Positions 8,892 to 18,722 of a stretch of DNA of 54,965 nt are shown piece by piece; the stretch's first letter is position 1, and each line of letters begins with the position of its first letter. Both the position numbers and the translations under genes were made by a program. Origin of the DNA: a virus. Its lineage: Duplodnaviria; Caudoviricetes. The stretch lies in the IMG/VR virus record IMGVR_UViG_3300044613_005025, positions 1 to 54,965 of that record; one strand, written 5' to 3'. The notes beneath the pieces are model-generated. The model worked only from the letters and a program-made list of their open reading frames with translations. It was not told where the DNA came from and ran no database searches.

Positions 8892-10313
8892 CTATCGCTG
8901 TTGGCGTGCAGCCCACACATGCCTGGCCCAGCCCGGCTTGTAGCCACGTTCCTGCTCCCTCTGCAGCAGGTCCTCGAAGGTCCGGCAGCCGGCTGCCGGG
9001 TGCGTGCGCCGGGGCCTCTGCTGCTGGTTGGGTTTGGGCCGGTGGCGGGCTGCGCCCGTGACTTCAACCAGTTCGCCCTCCAGTTGTCGGATCCCGCGCC
9101 GCTGCTCATCGCGTTCCTCGGTCAGGAACAGGTGGCCGCAGTCCGGGCACACCTGCGCAGTACTGGGACAACTGCAGAAGCAGACCGAGCAGTCCTTGAT
9201 CGGAATCGAGACGCCCTCGCGCCGGCGCCGACCGGCCAGGTTCCATTCGCGCTCATCGGTCGGCAGGCCGTGGTGATGGGCATTGCCGACGTGGTCGAGG
9301 ATCACCGCCACCTGCTTCCCAGGTGCGGGACGGAGGGCCCGGCCGACCATCTGCAGATAGAGCGACAAGGAAGCTGTGGGGCGCATCAGGATTGCGCCGC
9401 CGACTGAGGGGATGTCGGTGCCCTCGGAAATGATCATGCAGCTACTGAGCACTTCCACCTCGCCGGTACCGAGCCCGGCGATCAGGCGTTTGCGCTCCTC
9501 GGCCGGCGTGCCGCCGCTCACTGCCGCGGCCCGGATTCCTGCAGCGCGAAAGGCGCCGGCCATCTGCTCGGCGTGCTCGATCGTGCAGCAAAAAACAATG
9601 GCCGTGCCCGGGTGCAGCCGGCGGCGGTAGTGAGACACTGCATCGCCAATGGCGGCCCGGTCCCCAAAAGCCTGGGCCGCTTGCTCCAGGTCGTACTCGC
9701 CCATGCGGCGCCTGAGTTTGCTGTTCCTGGCCCCTGGCCAGGAGAAGACCTTCGGCCTGGCCAGCCAGCCCTGCTCCACCAGCCAGGCCGCTGAGGGCCC
9801 CAGCACCAGGGCCTCGAAATAGCCCCCGGCCTCCACGCCGAGTCCCTTGCCATCGAGACGCTCTGGAGTGGCGGTCTTGCCGATCAGGTGGGCGCCCGGC
9901 CAGGCCTCGATGATCCGGCCCCAGACGTTGCCGGCGACCAGGTGGTGGGCCTCGTCCTGAATGATCAGATCCGGCGGCGGGAGACGTTCGAGCCGCCGGG
10001 CCACGGTCTGCACCGAACCCACGGCCACCTGCCGGCCCTGCAGCGCGTGGCCGGGGGCGATCACGTCGGGTTCCAGCCCCCAGTCCCGCACAGTGCCGGT
10101 GAGCTGCTCGATCAGCTCAGCCCGGTGGGCCAGCACCAGCACCCGCCGGCCCTTGCCGGCCGCGCCCTGGACGATGGCACCGATGGTCTGGCCCTTGCCC
10201 GCGCCGGTGGGCATGACCGCACAGACCCGCCTGTGGCGCTTGAGGGCAGCGCGGAGATCGGCCAGCAGCTGCTGCTGGTAGTCGCGCAGGACGATCGGGG
10301 CCATCAGGATCAC
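8892..10313 (-). CDS. DEAD/DEAH-box SF2 helicase (RadD/YejH-like) with C-terminal zinc finger
   Basis: LRDYQ, PTGAGK, DEAHH, TATPER, QMVGRALR, CxxC...CxxC. Confidence 0.9.
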   Translation of the reverse strand: MILMAPIVLRDYQQQLLADLRAALKRHRRVCAVMPTGAGKGQTIGAIVQGAAGKGRRVLVLAHRAELIEQLTGTVRDWGLEPDVIAPGHALQGRQVAVGSVQTVARRLERLPPPDLIIQDEAHHLVAGNVWGRIIEAWPGAHLIGKTATPERLDGKGLGVEAGGYFEALVLGPSAAWLVEQGWLARPKVFSWPGARNSKLRRRMGEYDLEQAAQAFGDRAAIGDAVSHYRRRLHPGTAIVFCCTIEHAEQMAGAFRAAGIRAAAVSGGTPAEERKRLIAGLGTGEVEVLSSCMIISEGTDIPSVGGAILMRPTASLSLYLQMVGRALRPAPGKQVAVILDHVGNAHHHGLPTDEREWNLAGRRRREGVSIPIKDCSVCFCSCPSTAQVCPDCGHLFLTEERDEQRRGIRQLEGELVEVTGAARHRPKPNQQQRPRRTHPAAGCRTFEDLLQREQERGYKPGWARHVWAARQQR

Positions 10314-10410
10314 AGGTGATCAGGGCAGTGGCTAGCCGCTGGCCTTTCCTGGCTCAGCCTAGCGAGAGCTGGCCCAGGGTATTAGGCTGTAGTTCACGAG
10401 CGGAGTTCCC

Positions 10411-10614
10411 ATGTCCGACTACGCCCTGCCGGTGAGCGTCTCGATCACCCAAGAGCAGCTGGCCTGGCTTGATGCACGCCGTCGGCACGGCTCCCTGAGT
10501 CGCTCGGCAGCGCTGCGCCAGGTGCTCGACGCGGTGATCCACCGTGATGTCCTGGTGCCCGCACCTGATTGCGGCTCTACGGGGAACCAGGCGGTCGCCA
10601 GCCAGGGCTGGTGA
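10411..10614 (+). CDS. CopG/RHH family regulator
   Basis: VSVSIT..QLAWLD.....LSRSAALRQVL; GGAG RBS; divergent from the helicase operon. Confidence 0.75.
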   Translation: MSDYALPVSVSITQEQLAWLDARRRHGSLSRSAALRQVLDAVIHRDVLVPAPDCGSTGNQAVASQGW

Positions 10615-10624
10615 GCGAGATCCC

Positions 10625-13255
10625 ATGGCCGATGCCATTGCTGCGGCCCGGGGCCGCTGGCCGGAGATTCTTGGTGCCCTGGCAGGGCTGAACGACGCGG
10701 AGCTGAGCGATCGTCATCAGCCCTGCCCGCTCTGCGGCGGAACAGACCGGTACCGCTTCGACGACAAGGACGGCAGCGGCTCCTGGTTCTGTAACCAGTG
10801 CGGCGGGAAGGACCAGCGCGGTGGTGCGGGCTCCGGCATCGACCTGCTCATGCGCCGGCAGGGCTGGAGCTTTGTGGAGGCCGCCCGGCAGGTGGAGGCT
10901 TTCCTTGGCCTTGTGCCTGATGGGCAGGATGCCAATTCCGACAGGGGCACTAGCCGAAACGGCAAGCCCTGGCACATGCCCGAGAAGCCGCCCGCCGATG
11001 CGCCGCCGCCGCCGTTGAACCGCGGGGCCACCGCTCAGTGGGCCTACCGCAATGGCGCTGGGGAGGTGCTGTTCTGGATCCAGCGGATCCGGCTGCGCAG
11101 CGGCGGTAAGGCCTTCCTGCATCGCGTCTGGCTTGATGGGGACTGGCATCGCCCCAGCCGCCGCGACGCCTTCACCTGCGACTGGCCCACCCCCAGGCCG
11201 CTTTACGGACTTCCAGATCTGCTGCAGCGCCCCGAATCCCCGGTGCTGGTGGTGGAAGGGGAGGGCACCGCCGATGCAGCCGCCCGCCTGTTCCCGCAGC
11301 ACGCGGTGCTGACTTGGCCCAACGGATCGAAGGCGATCGCCAAGGCGGACTGGACGCCGCTCGCCGGCCGTTCGGTGACGCTTTGGCCGGATGCTGATGC
11401 CGCGGGGCTGGAAGCCATGCAAAGCCTGGCCGCTCTGCTGCATCCCCTCGACTGCCAGCTGCAAGTGGTGGCCCTGCCGCCGGACCTGCCGCAGGGCTGG
11501 GACCTGGCCGATGCCGACTGGACGCCTCGGCAGGCCGCACGGCAGCTGGCGAAAGCAGCCCAGCCATGGACACCCTCAGAGATGGGTGCCGATGGCAGCG
11601 GTGATGGAGCTGCGCCACCGCCTGCCCCTGCAGCGGCTGCAGCCCCCATGCCGGCAGCACCCTTTCTTTGCCTGGGGTACGACGCCGACGCGAATTTCTA
11701 CCAACCTTCCAGCACCGGGCAGGTGATCCGGCTGCCCCGCGGCTGCCACACAGCGACTCACCTTGTCGCCCTGGCACCGCTGGAGTACTGGGAGAGCCTC
11801 TACCCCAGCCGCACCGGTGTGAACTGGCCGGCGGCAGCCAGCGATCTGCACAAGAGCTCCGCCGCGATGGGGATCTTTGCGGTGGAGCGCATTCGCGGCC
11901 GCGGGGCCTGGTGGGATGAGGGCCGCACCGTGCTGCACCTCGGCGACCGCCTGATCACCCCCGACGGGGAGCACCCGATCACCAAGCCATTCCGCTCGCG
12001 GCACATCTACCAGCGCCTCGAACGCCAGGAGGGGCCCTGCGGCGTCAAACCCCTGACCGTGGAGGAAGCGGCGGTGATCGTCAGCATCGCCAATCGCTTC
12101 CGCTGGGAGATGCCCGCCTCCGGCACCCTGCTGCAGGGCTGGGTGGTGCTGGCGCCGATCTGCGGAGCCCTGCGCTGGCGGCCCCACCTCTGGCTCACCG
12201 CCGGTGCCGGCTCGGGCAAGAGCCAGATCCTCGATCGCTTTGTGGTGCCGCTGCTCGGCGACTTGCGCCTGTCGGTGTCGGGCGCCACGACAGAGGCCGG
12301 TTTGCGCCAGACCATCTGCTCGGACGCGGTGCCGGTGGTCTTCGATGAGGCGGAGAGCAACGAGAAGGGCGACCAGCAGCGGATGCAGGCGATCTTGTCG
12401 CTGGCGCGGGTGGCCAGCAGCGAGAGCAGCGCCGAGATGCTCAAGGGTTCCCCCAGTGGCGATGTGAGCCGCTACCGGGTGCGCTCGATGTTCCTGATGT
12501 CATCCATCGCCACCGCCCTCAAACAGGGGGCGGACAAGAGCCGCTTCGCGCAGCTCACCCTGCGCAGCCCCACCGAGATGGGCCAGGAGGAGCGCGAGGC
12601 CCACTGGCAGAGCCTCGATCGGGATCTCGAGCGCTACATCACTCCGCAGCTGGCCCGGCGCTTGATCGCCCGGACGGTGTCACTGATCCCGGTGATTCGC
12701 CAATCCGTGGTCGTCTTCTCGGCGGCTGCCGCCCGCCACTTCGACTCCCAGCGCCTGGGGGATCAGTACGGCACCTTGATGGCCGGCGCCTGGTCGCTGC
12801 TCAGCGACGCGGTTCCCAGCCAGAAGGAGGCCGAAGAGTGCATTGAGGTCCACAACTGGGACAGCTACAGCCAGAGCACGGAAGTCCCCGACGAGGCCCG
12901 CTGCATCCAGACAATCCTGCAGCGGCAGGTGCGGGTGGAGACCGACGACAAGCCCGTCACCCGCACCATCGGTGAACTGGTGGAGCTGGTCGCCTGCCAC
13001 AGCAGCTGCATCGACGTGAGCCCTGGCCTGGCGGCCCAAACTCTGGGCCGCCATGGCCTGCGGGTGGATCAGGACCGCCTGCTGGTGAGCAATACCGCCA
13101 AGGCCATCGAGCACTTCCTGGCTGATACCGCCTGGCAGAACAGCTGGTCGGTGGTGCTGCTGCGCCTGAGCGGTGCGCAACGCGCCGGACCGGTGCGTTT
13201 CTGTGGCGCCGGCATGGTCAGCCGTGCCGTCGCCATTCCCCTGACCGTGTTGTAA
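10625..13255 (+). CDS. P4-alpha-like primase-helicase (Zn ribbon + TOPRIM + P-loop domain)
   Basis: HQPCPLCGGTDRYRFDD...WFCNQCG, VVEGE and WPDAD TOPRIM motifs, GWDLAD, GAGSGKS Walker A, VVFDEAE Walker B. Confidence 0.9.
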   Translation: MADAIAAARGRWPEILGALAGLNDAELSDRHQPCPLCGGTDRYRFDDKDGSGSWFCNQCGGKDQRGGAGSGIDLLMRRQGWSFVEAARQVEAFLGLVPDGQDANSDRGTSRNGKPWHMPEKPPADAPPPPLNRGATAQWAYRNGAGEVLFWIQRIRLRSGGKAFLHRVWLDGDWHRPSRRDAFTCDWPTPRPLYGLPDLLQRPESPVLVVEGEGTADAAARLFPQHAVLTWPNGSKAIAKADWTPLAGRSVTLWPDADAAGLEAMQSLAALLHPLDCQLQVVALPPDLPQGWDLADADWTPRQAARQLAKAAQPWTPSEMGADGSGDGAAPPPAPAAAAAPMPAAPFLCLGYDADANFYQPSSTGQVIRLPRGCHTATHLVALAPLEYWESLYPSRTGVNWPAAASDLHKSSAAMGIFAVERIRGRGAWWDEGRTVLHLGDRLITPDGEHPITKPFRSRHIYQRLERQEGPCGVKPLTVEEAAVIVSIANRFRWEMPASGTLLQGWVVLAPICGALRWRPHLWLTAGAGSGKSQILDRFVVPLLGDLRLSVSGATTEAGLRQTICSDAVPVVFDEAESNEKGDQQRMQAILSLARVASSESSAEMLKGSPSGDVSRYRVRSMFLMSSIATALKQGADKSRFAQLTLRSPTEMGQEEREAHWQSLDRDLERYITPQLARRLIARTVSLIPVIRQSVVVFSAAAARHFDSQRLGDQYGTLMAGAWSLLSDAVPSQKEAEECIEVHNWDSYSQSTEVPDEARCIQTILQRQVRVETDDKPVTRTIGELVELVACHSSCIDVSPGLAAQTLGRHGLRVDQDRLLVSNTAKAIEHFLADTAWQNSWSVVLLRLSGAQRAGPVRFCGAGMVSRAVAIPLTVL

Positions 13256-13530
13256 CCAGCAGCCGTTACAAAACGGCCAGACATAACAGCAGCGGTAACG
13301 CCCAGATCGCCTGCTCCGCAAACGATCTGGGCCTCCGTAACGATGTAACGCTCCAGGGAGCACATAGAGCCCCCTATGAATTCAAAGACAAATGCACACC
13401 TGCTCAACCAGACACTGCTGCTTGCTAATGCCTCTATATCTGAAAAAGGGTTACATCGTTACAGGCACCGCCAGAAGCCTCTGCCAGCAGACGATCTCGG
13501 CTGTGACGCCCACCGTCACACCGCGTCACA
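13251..13530. other. Putative replication origin (iterons)
   Basis: Cluster of GTAAC/GTTAC/GTGAC/GTCAC pentamers; perfect 13-bp inverted repeat GTAACGATGTAAC (13337-13349) / GTTACATCGTTAC (13450-13462) around an AT-richer core, directly after the primase. Confidence 0.65.
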
Positions 13531-13542
13531 ACTGAAACGGCC

Positions 13543-14235
13543 ATGCACAGCACCACATCCACCTGGCTTGAGCCCATCCCCGGCCTTTGGCGGGATGAGG
13601 CAGCGCATCGGTACTGGCTGGGCAATCACGTGTTTCCGGTGTCGATCACCGGCGTGCTGGCCCATGGCCTCAGCGAGACCGCCAAACGCGCGATCGAGGC
13701 CAAGCGCCCCATCTGGGAGCCCCGCGGCACCACCGTGCACGCGGCCCTGGAGCGCTACAGCCAGGCTCGCTTCCTGGTGGGCAAGAGCGCAGCCGAGGCC
13801 CTGCTGGAAGCCGAGACCCTGCCGGGCCATCACCAGTACCGGGACTGGATCCTGCCGCTGCTGCAGCTGCCGCTCTGGGACGAAGTGGAGGTGATCGCCA
13901 GCGAGCGGCTCACTTGCTGCCTGGTCCGAAACGTCGCCGGGGCCTTCGATGGGGCCTATGTCTCACCGGCCCTGAGCGAGCGGTGGGGAAGGGAGGTGCG
14001 GGTGCTGTACGACCTCAAGACCATCTCGGCCCACGGCAGGCCCTATTCCACCGCCGCGCAGCTGGGCGGCTACATGGTGCTGGAGGCCGCCCAGGGGAAC
14101 CACTACGAGCTGGGGCAGACGATCTGGAGTAAGCCCGGCGAGGCGTTCACCAGCACCTTCTACAGCCGTGAGCAGTGCCTGAGCGCCTGGGCCGGCGCCT
14201 GGAGCCGCTACTGCCTGGCCCATCGACCCTTCTGA
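13543..14235 (+). CDS. PD-(D/E)XK exonuclease-like protein
   Basis: SITGVL, RGTTVH, AGAFDG, LYDLKT, QLGGY motifs. Confidence 0.75.
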   Translation: MHSTTSTWLEPIPGLWRDEAAHRYWLGNHVFPVSITGVLAHGLSETAKRAIEAKRPIWEPRGTTVHAALERYSQARFLVGKSAAEALLEAETLPGHHQYRDWILPLLQLPLWDEVEVIASERLTCCLVRNVAGAFDGAYVSPALSERWGREVRVLYDLKTISAHGRPYSTAAQLGGYMVLEAAQGNHYELGQTIWSKPGEAFTSTFYSREQCLSAWAGAWSRYCLAHRPF

Positions 14236-14338
14236 GCACCAGGACCACTACAAGCAGGCCTGGCAGGTTGGCCAGCATTCCATAGCCGCTAGATTGAGCT
14301 GGCTCGGATTTATCCGGGCCATGTTCTGGTGATGCTCG

Positions 14339-14707
14339 ATGGCGGATCTCCTGCTCGCTGCTGCTCCTCCCGCGCCGGTCCTGACTGCTGCGGGGGAGGT
14401 TGATCTCGACGCCCTGCTGGACGCTGTCACCGCGATCAAAGCCCAGCAGAAGGAGCTGGAGCAGCAGCTTGAGCCGCTGCTGGAGGCCCTCAACACGGCG
14501 ATGGCCACCGGCCAGGTGGATCCCTCCTTCTCCCACAACGACTGGGCCTTCTGCCACAGCCCTGGCCGGCTGACGTACGACTTCCCGGTGGCGGTGCAGC
14601 AGATCGAGCAGCAGCTCAAGGCCGCCAAAGAATCCGCGATCCAGCTGGGCAGCGCCAAGGAGAAGCGCGGCAACCCCTTCTGGACCATCCGCCCCCCGAA
14701 GACCTAG
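14339..14707 (+). CDS. Hypothetical coiled-coil phage protein
   Basis: 122-aa ORF with host-like codon usage in the operon. Confidence 0.65.
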   Translation: MADLLLAAAPPAPVLTAAGEVDLDALLDAVTAIKAQQKELEQQLEPLLEALNTAMATGQVDPSFSHNDWAFCHSPGRLTYDFPVAVQQIEQQLKAAKESAIQLGSAKEKRGNPFWTIRPPKT

Positions 14708-14726
14708 CCCCTGCCGTGCTGAGCTG

Positions 14727-15248
14727 ATGTCGCTGCGCACTCCCAATCAGGCCGCTGCTGATCCCGTGGAGGACCTGCGCTTCGCACCGGCTGAGCAGGA
14801 CTCCGATGGAGAAGCGGTGTGGGAACCGGTGGCGGTGGACCCGAGCCGGCCGATCAGCCAGACCAACCCGCCACGGCGTTCACCCCATCACGCCCAGACC
14901 CCCAGGGCCACTGCCGGGGAGGTGGAGCGGCGCATTGCAGAAGCGCAGCTCTGGATCGCGCAGCGGCTTCCTTTGGTGGAAATCAGGGCGAAAGCGGGCG
15001 AAAGCTGGGGGGTGAACAACATCAAAACGATCAATCGCTACCTCGACCTCGCCCGCGAGCGGATGGTGGAGGAGCTGATCACCGACCGCCGCCGCCACCA
15101 GGCCGAGCAGATCTTTGCGCTGAACGAGTGCGCCCGCCGGGCGATGGATGCCGAGCAGTTTTCAGCCGCCGTTGGCGCATTCCGGGTGATCGCCGAGATC
15201 GGCGGCCTGCTGCGGGCACCGATCAAGCCCCCGGAACCAAGGCCATGA
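14727..15248 (+). CDS. Probable terminase small subunit
   Basis: HTH-like segment (WGV...TINRYL) plus helical tail; stop overlaps the TerL start (ATGA). Confidence 0.55.
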   Translation: MSLRTPNQAAADPVEDLRFAPAEQDSDGEAVWEPVAVDPSRPISQTNPPRRSPHHAQTPRATAGEVERRIAEAQLWIAQRLPLVEIRAKAGESWGVNNIKTINRYLDLARERMVEELITDRRRHQAEQIFALNECARRAMDAEQFSAAVGAFRVIAEIGGLLRAPIKPPEPRP

Positions 15249-16888
15249 AGGCGAGCACCACCGCCACCGTGATGCCAGCACCCGTGCTCACGCTCCAGGC
15301 CCCTGCAGAAGGCGGCCTGCTGCTGCCGGAGCTCGACCCCTGGGGTGACGGCGGCCTGCTGCACCTGCCCAGCACCAGCCCTGCTGAACACCTGGAGCCC
15401 CAGCTGCTGCGGGCCTTCATTGCCGAGGCCTACCCCCGCTACGGCTTCCACCGCTGGGCCGAGGTGCTGATCGAGCTGCTGCAGGCCGTTGCCGATGGTC
15501 AGCTCAGCCGGCTGATCGTCACCTGCCCCCCGCGGCTGGGGAAATCGCTGCTGGTCTCCAAGCTGTTCCCGGCCTACTTCCTGCAGCGCTACCCGCACCT
15601 GTTCGCGGCGATTGCGTCTTATTCGGCTGAGCTGGCCTACGCCCACTCCCGTGAGGCGCGCCACTTCTACCGGGTGACCGGCCATCTGCTGGCCCGTGAC
15701 TCGGCGGCTGTTGGCAACTGGCTGACCCGCCAGCGGGGCGGCTGCATTGCTGCCGGTGTGGATGGCCCGTTCACGGGCAAGGGCTACAGCCTGGGGATCA
15801 TCGACGACCCTTACAAGGGCCCCGGTGATGCGGCATCACCAGCGCTGCGGCAGAAGCTGATCGACTGGCTGCGCTCGGTCTGGCTCACCCGCGCCGAACC
15901 GTCGAGCGTGCTGGGCCCTGATCGCAGCGAGCAGCCGAACATCTCCGCCCAGGTGGTGGTGCTCACCCGCTGGGACCACCAGGACGTGATCGGCTGGCTG
16001 CTGGAGCAGGAGCTGGGGGAGGCGCCGCAGCACTGGACCGTGCTGGATCTGCCGGCCATCGCCGAGGACCCGGCCGATCGCCCAAAGCTGCCGCCCACCT
16101 GCACCCTGATCCCCGACTGGCGCCAACCGGGTGAGGCGCTGTGTCCAGAGCGCTTCCCGCTGCAGGAACTGCTCAAAATTCGCGTCCGCCTCGGTGCCTA
16201 CTGGTGGGCGGCGCTGTATCAGCAGCGGCCCAGCCCGGCGTCGGGCTCGATCTTCCTGCGGCAGTGGATCCGGCCGCCCTTCCCCCGTGAAGACGGCCTC
16301 CAGCGGCAGTACGCCCTGCTGGCCCTCTCCTGTGACCTGAGCTTCAAGGGGGAGGCGGAGAGTGACTACTGCGGCTTCTGTCTGGCTGGTCTGCTGGCAC
16401 CACCGCCCCGGACGGTCAACCCCCGATCGGGTGAACCTGACGGCTCGCCGCCATCAGCCGCCCTGGAGATCGAGGTGCTCTGGGCGGCCCGCCACCGCTT
16501 TGGCCTGCCGGAGGTGATCCGCTTCCTGCTGGGCTGCCTGGAGGCCCTGGAGCAGCAGGGCCTCAGGCCCAATGCCGTTTTGATCGAGGACGCCGCCAAC
16601 GGCCCGGCCGTGCTGCAGACGCTGCGGCGCCGCGTGCCGGGGATGCTGCCGATCACCGCCCGGGGCAGCAAGGAAACCCGCGCCCATGCCGTCGCCCCAT
16701 TGGTGGAGGCCGGACAGGTCCGCTTCCACCACCGCGCCCAGCCGCTGATAGAGGAAGCGATCCGCTTTCCCAAGGGCAGCAAGGACCTGGTGGATGCCTT
16801 CTGCCACGGCGCCCTGTGGCTGGAAGGCCGCTACTGGAAGGCCCAAGGCATCCAGCCGGTGGTGACGCCGCTGCTGGTGAGCCGGTGA
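15245..16888 (+). CDS. terL: Terminase large subunit
   Basis: PPRLGKS, IIDDPYKG, TRW, ALYQQRP, IEDAANG, DLVDA. Confidence 0.93.
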   Translation: MKASTTATVMPAPVLTLQAPAEGGLLLPELDPWGDGGLLHLPSTSPAEHLEPQLLRAFIAEAYPRYGFHRWAEVLIELLQAVADGQLSRLIVTCPPRLGKSLLVSKLFPAYFLQRYPHLFAAIASYSAELAYAHSREARHFYRVTGHLLARDSAAVGNWLTRQRGGCIAAGVDGPFTGKGYSLGIIDDPYKGPGDAASPALRQKLIDWLRSVWLTRAEPSSVLGPDRSEQPNISAQVVVLTRWDHQDVIGWLLEQELGEAPQHWTVLDLPAIAEDPADRPKLPPTCTLIPDWRQPGEALCPERFPLQELLKIRVRLGAYWWAALYQQRPSPASGSIFLRQWIRPPFPREDGLQRQYALLALSCDLSFKGEAESDYCGFCLAGLLAPPPRTVNPRSGEPDGSPPSAALEIEVLWAARHRFGLPEVIRFLLGCLEALEQQGLRPNAVLIEDAANGPAVLQTLRRRVPGMLPITARGSKETRAHAVAPLVEAGQVRFHHRAQPLIEEAIRFPKGSKDLVDAFCHGALWLEGRYWKAQGIQPVVTPLLVSR

Positions 16889-16904
16889 GGGAGGAGAGGA
16901 AGCG

Positions 16905-17594
16905 ATGACGGGTGCAGACCTGGAAGCCCCAGATCAGACGCCACCGAAGGTTCTCGAGCCTGTGCCTGGGCAGCCGGTGGTATTTCAGCTGTCGCTGCCG
17001 ATCACGGTGGTGCTGGTGGGGTCTCCCACCGGTGCTGCTCGAATGCTGCGCCAACGGCGCTACCGCCGGCCGGCCTGTTGTGCGCGAGCGGGGCAGCTGG
17101 AGATCCAATGGGCAGAGCCTGCTCGGCATGCGCCAAGGGCTTCGGCCTGGCAGGCCCCGCACTGCCGGGCGAGGCGTCAACGGCCCGTGAGACCCCATGC
17201 CGCTGCCGATGCCCTGGCCTTGGAGCACATGGACCTGGCGGAGAAGATCGCTGGCAACTTCGCCCGGCGCACCGTCCACCCCAAGGAGGATCTGCTGCAG
17301 CTGGCGATGATCGGGTTGATCAAGGCGGCGCGGCGGTATGACCCTTCACGGGGTCCGTTTCGGCCCTACGGGCGCACCTATGCGAATGGGGAGATAACGC
17401 ACTTTCTGCGGGACAACGGGTTCCTGCTCAAGGTGCCTCCGACTTGGCGAGAGATCCATGCGCGGGGGCAGCGGTTGCTTACCTCAGGAGTTGATGTGGC
17501 GATGATGCTGGAAACATTGGAGATCAGCCGCGAGCAGTGGATTCAAATTGCTGATGCTTGCTCAGTTCGGGTGGTCGCTTTTCCTGTTGGTTGA
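16905..17594 (+). CDS. Sigma-70 family factor (SigF/SigB-like region 2, region-3-like helix, no region 4)
   Basis: EDLLQLAMIGLIKAARRYDPSRG.F..Y....NGEI.HFLRD; ends soon after; GGAG RBS. Confidence 0.85.
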   Translation: MTGADLEAPDQTPPKVLEPVPGQPVVFQLSLPITVVLVGSPTGAARMLRQRRYRRPACCARAGQLEIQWAEPARHAPRASAWQAPHCRARRQRPVRPHAAADALALEHMDLAEKIAGNFARRTVHPKEDLLQLAMIGLIKAARRYDPSRGPFRPYGRTYANGEITHFLRDNGFLLKVPPTWREIHARGQRLLTSGVDVAMMLETLEISREQWIQIADACSVRVVAFPVG

Positions 17595-17648
17595 ACGCGA
17601 GCCATCAGCCGCGCGAGGTAAGGCGGTGACTGCATGGCCTTGTTCGCC
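17590..17648 (-). other. attC-like recombination site (59 bp)
   Basis: Minus strand GGCGAAC-AAGGC-CATGCAGT...GCTGATG-GCTCGC-GTTCAAC: R''/L''/L'/R' with 5- and 6-nt spacers and an extra base in L''; begins 2 nt after the methyltransferase stop. Confidence 0.75.
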
Positions 17649-17650
17649 TT

Positions 17651-18419
17651 TTACTCCGTCTTTCTAGCGACATACACACCGTAGCTGACGTAAGCCTTGT
17701 ATTTCTCATAGAGGTCAATTTCCCGTTGTTCCGCGAATACAATCTTTCGTGCTTCTTCACTGTTCCCGTTCCGGTTCAGGAAGCCCTCGAACCTGGCCTG
17801 CATGGGTTGGCAATACTCACTTAGCCAACAATCTTCAGGTAACACGAAGTACCCAATGGGCGAATAGCCGTGTTTCTCTAGAACCCTGATCTTGGCCGAA
17901 GCCACATCGATTTCGGTATACTCGCTATTCCAGTGGTTCTGGAGTTCCGCTGGTCGAGAGTCTGGGAGCCATGTGATCTCGGAAGCGACCAAAAGCCCCC
18001 CGCTTTTCAGGAAGCGTCGCCACTCAGCAACGCCCTTTTCAAATCCCATGTTGTAAATGGCACCCTCGGACCAGATGACGTCAAATTCTTCGTTGGTGAA
18101 TGGCAGGTTGTCCATGGAGCATGCAAGCGTCGATATCCGGTCTGCAAGACCCGCTTTTTCGGCCCTTTCATTCAGCTCGTCCAGGAAGTCCTGAATGAAG
18201 TCCACCGCCGTGATGTAAGCATTCAAGAGCCGGACAAGGAGAACGGCGGATGCCCCCGTGCCACACCCGATATCCGCAACCTTTCAGCGGCGCTGCTCGG
18301 TCGACCATGGCCAGATTGAGTGCCTGTTCCGTCTCGACGTCCCCACCCGTTCCCTGCCGAGAACCTTGCTTGTGCAGGTCGATCAAGAGTCTGTAATCAT
18401 CCATAGCGATATCTTGCAT
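17651..18419 (-). pseudogene. Class I SAM-dependent methyltransferase, frameshifted
   Basis: N-terminal part (RQGTGGDVETEQAL...PLK) continues into VADIGCGTG...FDVIWSEGAIY in another frame; one extra base near 18281-18284. Confidence 0.85.
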
Positions 18420-18424
18420 TGTCA

Positions 18425-18510
18425 GGCTGACGCCGCAGATCTGAAGCGGGAAGAGACTTGAAAGAAAGCAAAGCAGCCACGCTCCCGTCTTCTGTATCTA
18501 GATGTCAGGA
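18425..18510 (-). other. attC-like site with GAC/GTC cores (86 bp)
   Basis: Minus strand TCCTGAC-ATCTA-GATACAGA-AGACGGGA...TCCCGCT-TCAGATC-TGCGGC-GTCAGCC; both extrahelical positions present; ends 5 nt before the methyltransferase ATG. Confidence 0.6.
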
Positions 18511-18722
18511 TAATATTGAGACTTGATTGCAATCAATAATTAGAATAAAATGTGACGCCTAAGATCCCCTCAAGACGGAGAGAGCGACAAGAAATATGCG
18601 ATTATAAGCACAAAGAACGTCTCTGTAGGCACAGGAGAATTGCGTGGGCATTGGACAACGCAATCCGAATTCTTATAATCAAGATGCGGCGGTCATAAAG
18701 ACGAGATTGCGGGGGAATGAGT

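Noticed and set aside
13543-14235. Cas4 / CRISPR adaptation gene
   Set aside because: Lacks the four-Cys Fe-S pattern and any CRISPR context; fits a phage PD-(D/E)XK exonuclease
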